Source of the DNA: Antedon mediterranea
Lineage: Eukaryota > Animalia > Echinodermata
NCBI RefSeq assembly: GCF_964355755.1
Contig: NC_092680.1
Coordinates: 4,092,001-4,156,000 of the forward strand
Length of the DNA: 64,000 nt
Direction of reading: 5' to 3'
Numbering within the stretch: the first letter of the stretch is position 1; each line of letters starts with the position of its first letter. The notes under the pieces were generated by a model, which saw only the letters and a program-made list of their open reading frames with translations, ran no database searches and was not told where the DNA came from. Positions 54,601-64,000 of this stretch are shown piece by piece. Position numbers and translations under genes: made by a program.

Positions 54601-56144
54601 CCTATTAAAGAAAATATTTCGTCAGTTATACCGACAAGAGTTACGTTGCAAAAACGTTCATAAATTGAGGAGATAATTCGACATAAGCGGCTATTTCTCC
54701 CTTGTGGTGTCACTGTCACTTAAAGGCCCAATGTGATTATTATTATCAAATAAACGTTTTGCTGGTCATTATTTTCTTCGTAAATGTTCCTCCTCTATCT
54801 CCTTCAAACATTTCAAAACAAACCCTGTTGGTTCCTAATTCTTGATTCTCGCTAGGACGCAGAAGGATCAATCACAAGCGATGGATTATTCAAACTGTAG
54901 TTTGTCATTGGTCGCTTACGTCTCGTCCTAAAGCTTGGTTCCCACTAGCGACGCAACGTAACGCAATCTACGCAACGTATGCAGATGGACTTCTAATAAT
55001 TGTGTTTTTCCCCGCCTGCGTAAAATCAAACCTGCAATGTTTGCAGCAACATTGCGTCGTCGGTTTCCATTTGTGATTACGCAATACAACATTTTGCGTC
55101 GATACGTCGCTGCGTTGCGTCCTAGTGGGAACCACGCTTAATGGCAATCACAAGTGACAATTATTGCTAACGTTGCTCCAATGTGCTTGTAATGATGCAT
55201 TTATACTTACCAACTCAACGAGATATCTAAAACGCATTGATAGTTGTACCAATGTTTGTCCACCGGCAATTGATGGCATCGGTCGAATTCCTTTATTGTA
55301 ACTACTCAGAATATTCTCGTGGATGGTTGAAAATGTTTCACTTTGTTGGGCTAAAAAAATATACGATACGGTATATTTACGAGTTTACACAAAGCATGAA
55401 ATTAACATTACTAAATGTTATCAATGCAACTAATGTTATTAATGCGTGGTTCCCACTAGAACGCAACGCAGCGACGTAACGACGTAACGACGCAAAGTGT
55501 TGTATTGCGTAATCATAAGTGGGAACCGACGTTGCAATAGTGCTACAAACATCGCAGGTTTGATTTCACGCAGGCGGGGGGAAAACACAATGATTGGAAG
55601 GGCATTTTCTTCCGTTGCGTAGGTTGCGTTACGTTGAGTCGCTAGTGGGAACCAAGCTTAAAGGACACTTTTCTCCTGGGTACCATGAGACAGAGTTTTG
55701 ACTTAATATTATAGTTAAGATAAGATAAATATTTTGCGCATATGGCGTTTCATACGGGTACTACTTGATCATGTATACTGTATTTAAGACAAACATCGAA
55801 AAGCCTCGAAATAACTACAGACTTGGTGCAAGTCTAAGTGTCTTATTAAATTAGTGTTCCTAGATAGGAATATCTCAGAGGATCCGAGGGGTTCTGAAAA
55901 CTTCGCTGGCGTCTCTCTCTCTCTGACTGTTGGTTTATATTGCTTGATTTAGCCTATATTAACCTTATAAATTATGATTAATTTCTTATTGAGACTAAAA
56001 CTGAAAAAAAAACATGTTCCTTAACATCAATAATAATAACAATAATAACAAGTATAGCAATTATAAACAATTTTCCTTACCTAAACATGAAGATTTGTAC
56101 AAAAAGTTTCCAACGACCAAAATGCTGATTAAGTGACGTAACAT
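51551..56144 (-). CDS. Cys-loop pentameric ligand-gated cation channel subunit (nAChR-like, non-alpha, divergent), 6 exons, 478 aa
   Basis: Exons 56144-56081, 55350-55211, 54601-54557, 54043-53934, 53016-52080 and 51691-51551 join through GT-AG introns in matching phase (1437 bp). Motifs: signal peptide MLRHLISILVVGNFLYKSSCLA, YNKGIRP, NWTDNRLMW, WWPNLIVYN, Cys-loop CGIHISHFPFDFQTC, RKPDYY-TM1, GER-TM2, TM3 PLLGIY and MA/TM4 WRVVANGMDIVL. Confidence 0.92.
52080..53016 (-). CDS. Cys-loop channel exon 5 (Cys-loop, TM1-TM3, cytoplasmic loop)
   Basis: Contains ORF 52068..52943. Acceptor TTACAG precedes 53016 and keeps frame (DASRNFPVIGTYDID); donor GGG|GTAATA. Confidence 0.92.
53700..53912 (+). 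mobile_element. MITE family B
   Basis: Homologous to 51287-51507; in intron 4, ~20 bp from the exon 4 donor. Confidence 0.9.
53934..54043 (-). CDS. Cys-loop channel exon 4 (110 bp)
   Basis: NWTDNRLMWVPRDYNGTEEVVIKLNQIWWPNLIVYN; the 110-bp exon typical of nAChR genes; CAG and GTAAGT boundaries. Confidence 0.93.
54557..54601 (-). CDS. Cys-loop channel exon 3 (45 bp)
   Basis: DERHQIFNGLSWVHM; the 45-bp exon typical of nAChR genes; donor GTGAGT. Confidence 0.9.
54932..55138 (+). mobile_element. MITE family B
   Basis: TAA TSD; in intron 2, next to a decayed family A copy. Confidence 0.9.
55211..55350 (-). CDS. Cys-loop channel exon 2
   Basis: QQSETFSTIHENILSSYNKGIRPMPSIAGGQTLVQLSMRFRYLVEL, 140 bp, flanked by TAG and GTAAGT. 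Confidence 0.9.
55443..55658 (-). mobile_element. MITE family B, reverse orientation
   Basis: Core reads GTTTGATTTCACGCAGGCGGG; TAA TSD; in intron 1. Confidence 0.9.
56081..56144 (-). CDS. Cys-loop channel exon 1 (signal peptide)
   Basis: ATG at 56144, MLRHLISILVVGNFLYKSSCL, donor AG|GTAAGG, phase 1 matching exon 2. Confidence 0.78.
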
Positions 56145-56628
56145 GGGTAAGTATGGCAACTTCTTATTTACACTGTAATATTAAAAGTCAATATAGTAGG
56201 CCTCTACGGTACTATTTTCAGCTCGCGCTGTTGCCTTGATTATGATCGATTTCCTCGTTCAATGCCTACTCCCAGTTTAAATATGAAAATGTATACAAAT
56301 ATGATACCTCATTAACTGACGTTACTGTTCAATTATTCCTCAATTATATTGTAAATCAATGCAAAACAATTAGAGAAGGTTCCCTTGTCATCAATACTAC
56401 CTGTTGAGTGGCACCTAGATAACAAATACACACACATGAGAAATAATACAAGCAAACACGTTAGGCCTACCATTCACTGTAAAATCATCGGTTTTAACTG
56501 AATTATAATATGCCTATATTACAACCTGCAACTTTAATCAAGTTCTTTACTGTAATTCATTTTGCTATTGTTGTGTTGTTTATTTTATTTTTTATCTGAT
56601 GGCTTCCTATACAATTTCGCTTTCACTA

Positions 56629-57243
56629 AGCTTGGTTTCCACAAGGACGCAACGCAAGCGAGTTGACCAATGACAAGCGACAGGTTGAATAATTCATCGC
56701 TTGTGATTGGTGAAGTTCACTACGTTGCGTTACGTCGTTGTGTTGCGTCACTAGCGAACCACGCAGTAAAGCGTTGTTCCCACTAGAACGCAACGCAACG
56801 ACGTATTGACGCAAGGTGTTGTATTGCGTAATCACAAGACGCAACATTGCTGCAAAGTTGCAGGTTTGATTTCACGCAGGCGGGGCAAACACAATTATTG
56901 GAAGGGCATTTGCTTATATTGCGTATGTTGCGTTACGTTGCGTCGCTAGTGGGAACCAAGCTTAAGACAAACACAGGAAATAGCACAAAGGTCATCTTGG
57001 AAAGATCTCATCCGAAACCTTATCAAAGGCAGCTCAGGTGGAGCACTAAAGCTTAGTTCCCACTAGCGACGCAACGTAAACGCAATCTACGAAACGTAAG
57101 CAAATGCCCTTCTAATAATTGTGTTTGCCCCGCCTGCGTGAAATCAAACCTATGATGTTTACAGCACTGTTGCGTTGTCGGTTCCTACTTGTGATTACTT
57201 GCGGCGATACGTCGCTGCGTTGCGTTCTAATAGGAACCACGCT
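56629..57243. mobile_element. MITE cluster: family A variant (56629-56765), family B reverse (56770-56962), family B forward (57050-57243)
   Basis: TIRs and cores as in the other family A and B copies. Confidence 0.88.
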
Positions 57244-58629
57244 TTAGTGATCGATTCTATAATGTATAGCTTCAGATCCACGCCCATCAATTGCGTTATT
57301 TGAAGTAGTAGTCATACCCTAATGTACAATTCTAAAGAAAAAAGTACGGTACAAATTGGAAAATAATAGGTACACAATTAAAAATTAAAAGAAAAAAACA
57401 GAGATAAAAAAGAGTGAAGCTATTTGAAACTATCAGTAGTCATACTGTAATGTACAATTCTAAAAAAAAAAATGCTCTAAAGGCTTTCAAACGAAGTGAT
57501 GTATTGAAATAACAGTGTTACGTTAACAACATTTGGAGTATTGGGTGTTAATGGACTGCTAACAACACATTCAGGGTATATAAATCGATAATTAATATAT
57601 TTTGTGAGTTTAATGGTGATCTATTATTTATATCGATGGCTTTATCGTTTGCATAACATTATGTGTGATAAAAATGAATTAGTCTATGATTACACCACCG
57701 CATATAACATTTAGAGGGTGATTTTAACAATATCAAAGATTACATACAACCTGTCCTATTGGTATATAAGTACTCTAGGCGTTGTTTTCTGTTCTGATGA
57801 TGAGAATAGTTTCTCGAAACATGACACATTTTAAGGCAGTTTGCCTAATCATTAAATTTAATGCCTCACTATAGTTATTTATTACTCGAAAGTTTGGTGG
57901 AATCATTCATGATTTATCTAACTACCAAAGAAAAGCGGTGCAAATCGATATTCGTTGATAAAGAAGTTCAATCGTTTCCATAGCATTGTGGGTGTTGTTT
58001 TTAGATAAACATTAATATGATCACACAATCCATTAGTCATCGTTTAGAGGAAGATTTTTTAATAAAACCAAAAGAAAAGCGGTATTCATCAAGGAATTGA
58101 AATTATGTGAATGTAATCGATATTCTCCTCACTTCTCATTGTTTGCAAAACCGTTGAACATTACCGTTTGATTTAATTTTAATATTATTTCATTATTAAA
58201 TGTAATCACTTCTCACACTCCGATGACATATCGATTGACCTAATTTATTAGATCTATAAAGTTTTGTTTTACCATACAAATAACACAATATCTTTATTTT
58301 ATGTGTTCTCTGTGAGTAATATAGATTATAACAGGCTCGTTACGCGAATTCTTAAATGTGAATAATAATTATTTAGGTCCATAAATCACGTGATAAAAAA
58401 CATAATGTACTAACATCATCGAACCTAGAATTAAAATGGTCCTCATCTTGGAATTTATAAATACTCGGAAATACTCGGAAATACTCAGAAATACTCGGAA
58501 CTTATCGGAACTACTGCGAACTACTCGGCAATATTCGGAACTACTCGGATTAAAAATTTTCTAGGACGAAATTAAGCTAATGTATAATTGAAAATAAAAT
58601 AACATAACAAGCAACCAATAACTAAAGAT

Positions 58630-59045
58630 GGGAGCAAGATGCGGTAGCCTAGCTTGCTATCCCTAAAGCGTGGTTCCCATTAGAACGCAACGCAGCGACG
58701 TATCGACGCAAAGTGCTGTATTGCGTAATCACAAGTGGGAACCGACGACGTAATAGTGCTGCAAACATCATAGTTTGGAATTCACGCAGGCGGGGGGCAA
58801 ACACAATGATTGGAAGGGCATTTTCTTACGTTGCGTAGATTGCGTTACGTTGCGTCACTAGTGAGAACCAAGCTTTAGAAAGAACCCGGTTCAAATCGTG
58901 ATAATAACCATTGCTTTTTCACTCAAATGTGTAAAATGAGTACCCTGAAAAAGCGGCGGCGTGGAAAGGAACTGCAGGTCACCCTACTAATGAGCTCTTA
59001 ACATCTCACTCCCCCTATACGTTCCGAATCAAACGGGACGAACCG
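58630..59045 (+). mobile_element. Decayed tRNA-SINE interrupted by a family B MITE (58667-58874)
   Basis: B-box CCCGGTTCAAATC follows the MITE; core AAATGAGTACC...AAGCGGCGG; MITE flanked by TAA/TTA. Confidence 0.6.
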
Positions 59046-59475
59046 GGTCCACAGATATGTCAGTCAGACAACTTCCTATTGTACCAATACAGATTCTATA
59101 TTTATTCACAGACTGATTTTAATTGGAAGTTTACACGTTTTCATGGATTGGTTATAACAACATAATCATAATAGAACATAAACACAAGCAATTGAACCGC
59201 TCAATCATTGTGAATATAATCAATGAATTGGATAATCACTCTTACTGATATTTAAATGAACCGTTCAACCATTGTGAAAATATCAACAATTTGAATAATC
59301 AATCTTACTGGTATAAGACTTTGATTTAACATGTTTAAGAACACGTGACCACTTACAAATATGAAATTTCTGTGAACGAACATCGTCACGCGTAATTATA
59401 TAATCAGAGCCAGAGAAGCAGAATCAACTTGACTACCTGTTGTACTTTAAAACAATTCAACTACACAACGTCACA

Positions 59476-59846
59476 ATGTATCATCAAGGTGGAATTAAAG
59501 ATTCAAAGCATTTTGTAGAAGATTCGTTGTTTGTCAGAAGAAACAACGAGATATTTTATAGTAATTGCGATATTCCCGGTTATGTCGGTGCAGCCCCGTA
59601 CAGTGGTGAGAGACATTGGACTAACAGACAGTGGAGAGACGATATGGATATTGCTACAACTGAACACAGAGGAAAGAACTTGGCTCTACAAAGCATGGTA
59701 AATATGCCGATTAAAAGACGCATACGGGACGATGAGGAAGAGGAAGTAAAAGGGAGATGTTGTGGGTCAAGCTTCGATGTCTTCAGTGACGAGACATCAT
59801 TCCATGGCTTAAAACACATCAAGGGAGGAAACAACTGGAGCAGAAG
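59476..59846 (+). CDS. DEG/ENaC exon 1 (cytoplasmic N-terminus with HG motif)
   Basis: Within ORF 59440..59850; ends FSDETSFHGLKHIKGGNNWSRR; donor AG|GTAAGT. Confidence 0.85.
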
Positions 59847-62800
59847 GTAAGTGAAAAGAAGAATATACATGTAAGGTCATATAAAAACATTGCCGATATT
59901 GTTGCTCTTTATAGCTTGGTTCCCACTAGAACGTAACGCAAGGACGTAAACGCAACGCAAGTGAATTGACCAATCACAAGCGATGGCTTATTCGCTTGTG
60001 ATTGCTAACTGTCTATAACTTCGCTTGTCATTGGTTAAAACGCTTGCGTTGCGTTTACGTCCTTGCGTTACGTTCTAGTGGGAACCAAGCTTAAGGTAAA
60101 TTTTATTCGCTCAATTCTGATTTTAAAACTATACAAAATAGTTTGCTTTGACTTATCTTCATTAATTTTGAAAGCGGGCAATACATCTTTATACGTCAGT
60201 GAATCAGTAGGCTTAAGTTTCTGCTATATCACATCTCCTTCGTTGCCTTCCTTTTGTATGTTATCCTTTTACAGCGATGACTTGTCATTCATTATTATTA
60301 AAAACCATTATAACCAATATGTCCTTCTCTTTTTTGTATTTGTATTATCGGGCTCACAAAATATATTTTAAATTCTCCTTTTTTCAGAATATCTTGGTTG
60401 ATAATTCTCATATTGGCTTTGATTGGTCTCACATATCAAATACAACGTTCAGTAAGCAAGTACTTTGATTATCCGAAAAACACCAACTTGGATTATGTTA
60501 CCAAATCATCAGTACCGTTTCCTAAAGTTACCGTGTGCAATATCAATATGTTCAAGTAAGTATTCTGATCGATCCTTGTGTATAAAGCTCTGTTTACACT
60601 ATCAAAGTATGTTGCCACATTTAATTCACGTGGGTTGCGGGTCCTAGCCAAACATAACCAAGGGTTAACATACGGTTCGTAGTACTGTGTCAGTACATTA
60701 TTTTGTTCACGGACGTTTAGGCAAAATCCACTATTCTATACGATGCAAGAGATCCATCTGAAAATAACAAGAATAATAGAACAGGCTACCACCCCTTCCC
60801 ACAATGTACCGCTCACAAACCGAAAAAAGCTTAGACCGAAACAAGCTTAGACCGATCCATATACCATATGATTAAGAAAACAGTTGTGTATCTGTTGAAT
60901 ATAAAGCTCTGTCTACAATCAAACTAATTTGACAACAAAGAATGTGATGTGCCCAAATATGGTAGTGATATACCCAAATATGATAGTGATATGACATCAT
61001 CATATCTATATGGGACATCACATTTTTTATCACATTAAAGTTTTATAGTAGACAGAGCTTAAAGCTCAGGTACAGGCATAAATTTTAAATATAATATCTG
61101 GTTAATTGTACATACAGAATTCAAGACGAAAAAACATGAATTTCCCGTAATATGGTCGAATACGGTACAAAATTTTGCAAAATTCTTCCATAAAAACCAG
61201 GAAGACTTTTGTTTCAGTAGTTAGGTAGTTTACCTAATGTAATAACATGTCTGGTGACTCCCTAGAAGGTGAAAAAAGATGGTGGATATACGGTGGATAA
61301 TTTTTATAACAGAAAATATACTGCATTGTCGAAATTATAACAAAAGTACAAATACAAAATATTAAAAAACTCATTTACCAAAAAAGGAGGTTTTCTTCCA
61401 CGAGTTCTTGATGGTTAGACTAGGCCTACAGTAAGCAATCAGTGTTCTTACTAATTATTGATAATCTTAATTGCAAATATTGATGTCGTCATCTGAGTTT
61501 TTAATCATGTAATGTGTATGATAGTGTTACAAACGAGGTGTTAGTGTCATATTGTTTTTGTAGTACCTAGATATTTCAGGGAGATCACATTCTTCTTGGA
61601 TATTCTTATCTTTTACAAAATTAATTACATTAGAATTACAAACCAAATCGCTTAGCAACTCTATAGAATCTGTCCAACGCAGAGCATGCCGTACCATATT
61701 GGGAAGGGATTTTAGTTCGTATGACAAAGCTCTAAAGGTCTGTAACATCTCATCCCTTACTGATAGGAGAATAGCTCACAGTCTCAAATTTGCCAAGGGA
61801 ATATCTCAGACTGTTCATTCTGCTGATCTTTTACCGGTGACACGGTTTGAAAGTCATGGGAGGTTGCTCCGTAATAGTAATAACATTTCACAATTACCAT
61901 CCAGAACCGCCCGTTTCAGTAACAGCCCAATCCCTTATTTTATCCGCCTGCTTAACGCCTGATTTTCACTCATTTTTGTATAATTTATTATTTTGTATGT
62001 TTCAATTTTGTATATTTTTATTGGTCTAGGTACATGCATGTAAAAGTTACCCACAATCTGGCCTTTGGCCACTAGTGGTAACTTGTGGCATGGTGGTGTC
62101 TAATGTTTTTGATGTTTTATATGAAATAAAGAATAATAATAATAATAACATTACCTTAGTAGAACCAAACAACAACCCACTTATTTGATGATCGGTTAAT
62201 TATGTTGAAAATTATTCTTGGCAACAGACAGAATAAATTTGATTGGTTTTTTTGTGGCTACTGGTGTACAAAAGGTGGTGGAATAATGCGTAGACTCATA
62301 CATCAAAGAAATATATCGACTAAGCCTGTTTTCCACTTAGGCTAATATATTCGTGCGAATCAAACATCCCCGAGTTCTGATTGATTAAGAATAATTGTGG
62401 CGGGTATTTTTCAAGATGGACATCCATTAGACAGTGTATACCACGATCGGAAAACACCCCTATTTGGGGAAAATCGTTGAACCTAAATTCGTTTTAATCG
62501 TCAATAACTAATTATCTAACTTAATTTCATTAGTAAACAGGGTTACATCAGGTGGTTAAAATCAGTACCGAAAGTACGAACCAACTTTATATACCATCGA
62601 GTAAAAATTCTAGAAGTAAGGCGCGATTTACCGAATTTTGCCTTTACGTAAATTTATATATAGATGGTATAGTGGTGAAACAAGATCGGTACTAAATATA
62701 TAAGAAAGGTTCGAATACTGTTATAGCACCCGATTCTGTGTCTGTCACTATAGACTCTCTGTGCTGGAAGACTGTTGTCAGTCTGCCAGATACCTTCTAA

Positions 62801-63808
62801 CTGTACTAAGTATACTTTTAATACACGATATCTCTGTCATTAGGTTCCTATCTAGAGACAATGTATGGGGCTTTGTACGAATCTGTGTTTAAGCTTGCAT
62901 TTTTTTAATTATGTGGAAAAAACAAAATGTGACTTATCTGACTGGGCTGCCTCTCAGAAGCGTTGGTTTTTTTTTTGTATTTCACCACTCTCGGTTTAAA
63001 TCTATTGTAATTTATAGAGAAATAAATGTTACGTTGGACTTGATTTTGACTGTACGTAAATAACGGGTTCTTTAGTTTATGTAAATCTATGTTGATAATG
63101 TAAACCGGATTACGTTATTTCAGATTTGATGAGGTAACTCCATTAATGGGTGGCTTCGTATACTTTTTCATATACGGTCTTCGATACCTTCAAAGTCTGA
63201 CACCTGACGTTGGTATAACTACGGCAGATGACGATAATTGGGTATTAGACGAAACTAAATACCCCGGTGATAAAAATCTACAACAATTTATCAAGTATAA
63301 TGCTCATCGGATGGAAGAAATGCTGCAAGTGTAAGTGTATTCTTTACACAATTGTTTTGACATTTTCTCTTTTTTATGATGGAAATCAGATTCGTAGATT
63401 CTAAAATGGTTAAGCAACATTATTATCACTCATATTTACCTTATACCCGATTCACACGACGTACACACATCTTACAAAAAGTAGCACTTTAACAAAAAAT
63501 GCGTTACCATTTCGTTTTACGTGTGAATCTAAGTCTAGGCTGTATACGGCGATTTGGTTTAATATTCTTAAAGAGAAAAACAGTTTGTTGAAGACACATT
63601 TACAACAAATACAGAGTCTTAAACACCTTAAGTAGATAATATCCGATATTATTGTAAGTAAATTAAATTAATACTGGTATTACCTACTGCAGATGTATGT
63701 TCAATGGTGTTGAATGCGGCCCGAGTAATTTTACGCTAACCTACACAAATTACGGAGCGTGCTATGTCTTCAATCCACCAACTGGCAAGACAAATATAAA
63801 AAATGCAG
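59476..63808 (+). CDS. DEG/ENaC family (ASIC/BASIC-like) sodium channel, 5' part (4 exons, continues beyond window)
   Basis: Exons 59476-59846, 60388-60555, 63124-63330 and 63693-63808 are in phase across GT-AG introns. Motifs: pre-TM1 HG motif (DETSFHGLKHI), TM1 (ISWLIILILALIGLTYQI), FPKVTVCNINMFK, and AHRMEEMLQVCMFNGVECGPSNF...YGACYVFN. The start codon is uncertain. Confidence 0.92.
59913..60091. mobile_element. MITE family A in DEG/ENaC intron 1
   Basis: Near-perfect long TIRs, suggesting a young copy. Confidence 0.92.
60388..60555 (+). CDS. DEG/ENaC exon 2 (TM1 and FPxVTxCN)
   Basis: TTTTCAG acceptor; ISWLIILILALIGLTYQIQRSVSKYFDYPKNTNLDYVTKSSVPFPKVTVCNINMF; donor GTAAGT. Confidence 0.93.
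60905..61059. mobile_element. MITE family C in DEG/ENaC intron 2
   Basis: TAA TSD; AGCTCTGTCTAC...GTAGACAGAGCT. Confidence 0.85.
61636..62148 (+). mobile_element. 5'-truncated CR1/L2-group LINE (ORF2 C-terminus, 3' UTR, (AAT)n tail)
   Basis: SIESVQRRACRTILGRDFSSYDKALKVCNISSLTDRR...KF...RTARFSNSPIPYFIRLLNA* resembles post-RT C-termini of this group; ends AATAAA-(AAT)n. Confidence 0.85.
63124..63330 (+). CDS. DEG/ENaC exon 3 (finger region)
   Basis: TTTCAG acceptor, overlaps ORF 63146..63334, ends AHRMEEMLQ, donor GTAAGT. Confidence 0.88.
63693..63808 (+). CDS. DEG/ENaC exon 4
   Basis: CMFNGVECGPSNFTLTYTNYGACYVFNPPTGKTNIKNAG; TGCAG acceptor, AG|GTACGG donor. Confidence 0.92.
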
Positions 63809-64000
63809 GTACGGTATGAAACTGTTTAAATTTGTATAGTTATAGTATTCCTTTTTTCCTATTCAACAATACAATTAGGCCTAATTTAATTAACCATATG
63901 ACAGAAAAGGATTCGTTTAAACCATCGTGTATAATAACATTTTGGTTGGATTGTTTCTAACTTTTTTGGATCTAGTTTTCAAGCTTCTACTATCAAACTA

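Noticed and set aside
56626-57056. ORFs of 73 and 69 aa between the channel genes
   Set aside because: They lie within MITE copies.

Overview
AT-rich eukaryotic DNA, probably a marine invertebrate (echinoderm-like is only a guess from composition and repeats). Two spliced ion-channel genes lie head-to-head at the right end. One is a complete 6-exon, 478-aa Cys-loop channel subunit (minus strand, 56144-51551): nAChR-like, non-alpha, with a degenerate ACh-binding aromatic box. The other is the first 4 exons of a DEG/ENaC (ASIC/BASIC-like) channel (plus strand, from 59476, running off the window). In the first ~51 kb I found no host gene. It holds repeats: PIF/Harbinger-type MITE families, a 2.4-kb non-autonomous Harbinger (CTG TSD) whose decayed Myb/SANT ORF is split by a nested fold-back element, Kolobok-like TTAA MITEs, a Helentron/DINE-1-like mini-element, tRNA-SINEs, LINE 3' ends, minisatellites and 33-34 bp CAT...ATG elements with 7-bp TSDs resembling P-element excision footprints. 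Most ORFs in the supplied track are spurious. All alignments were done by eye.
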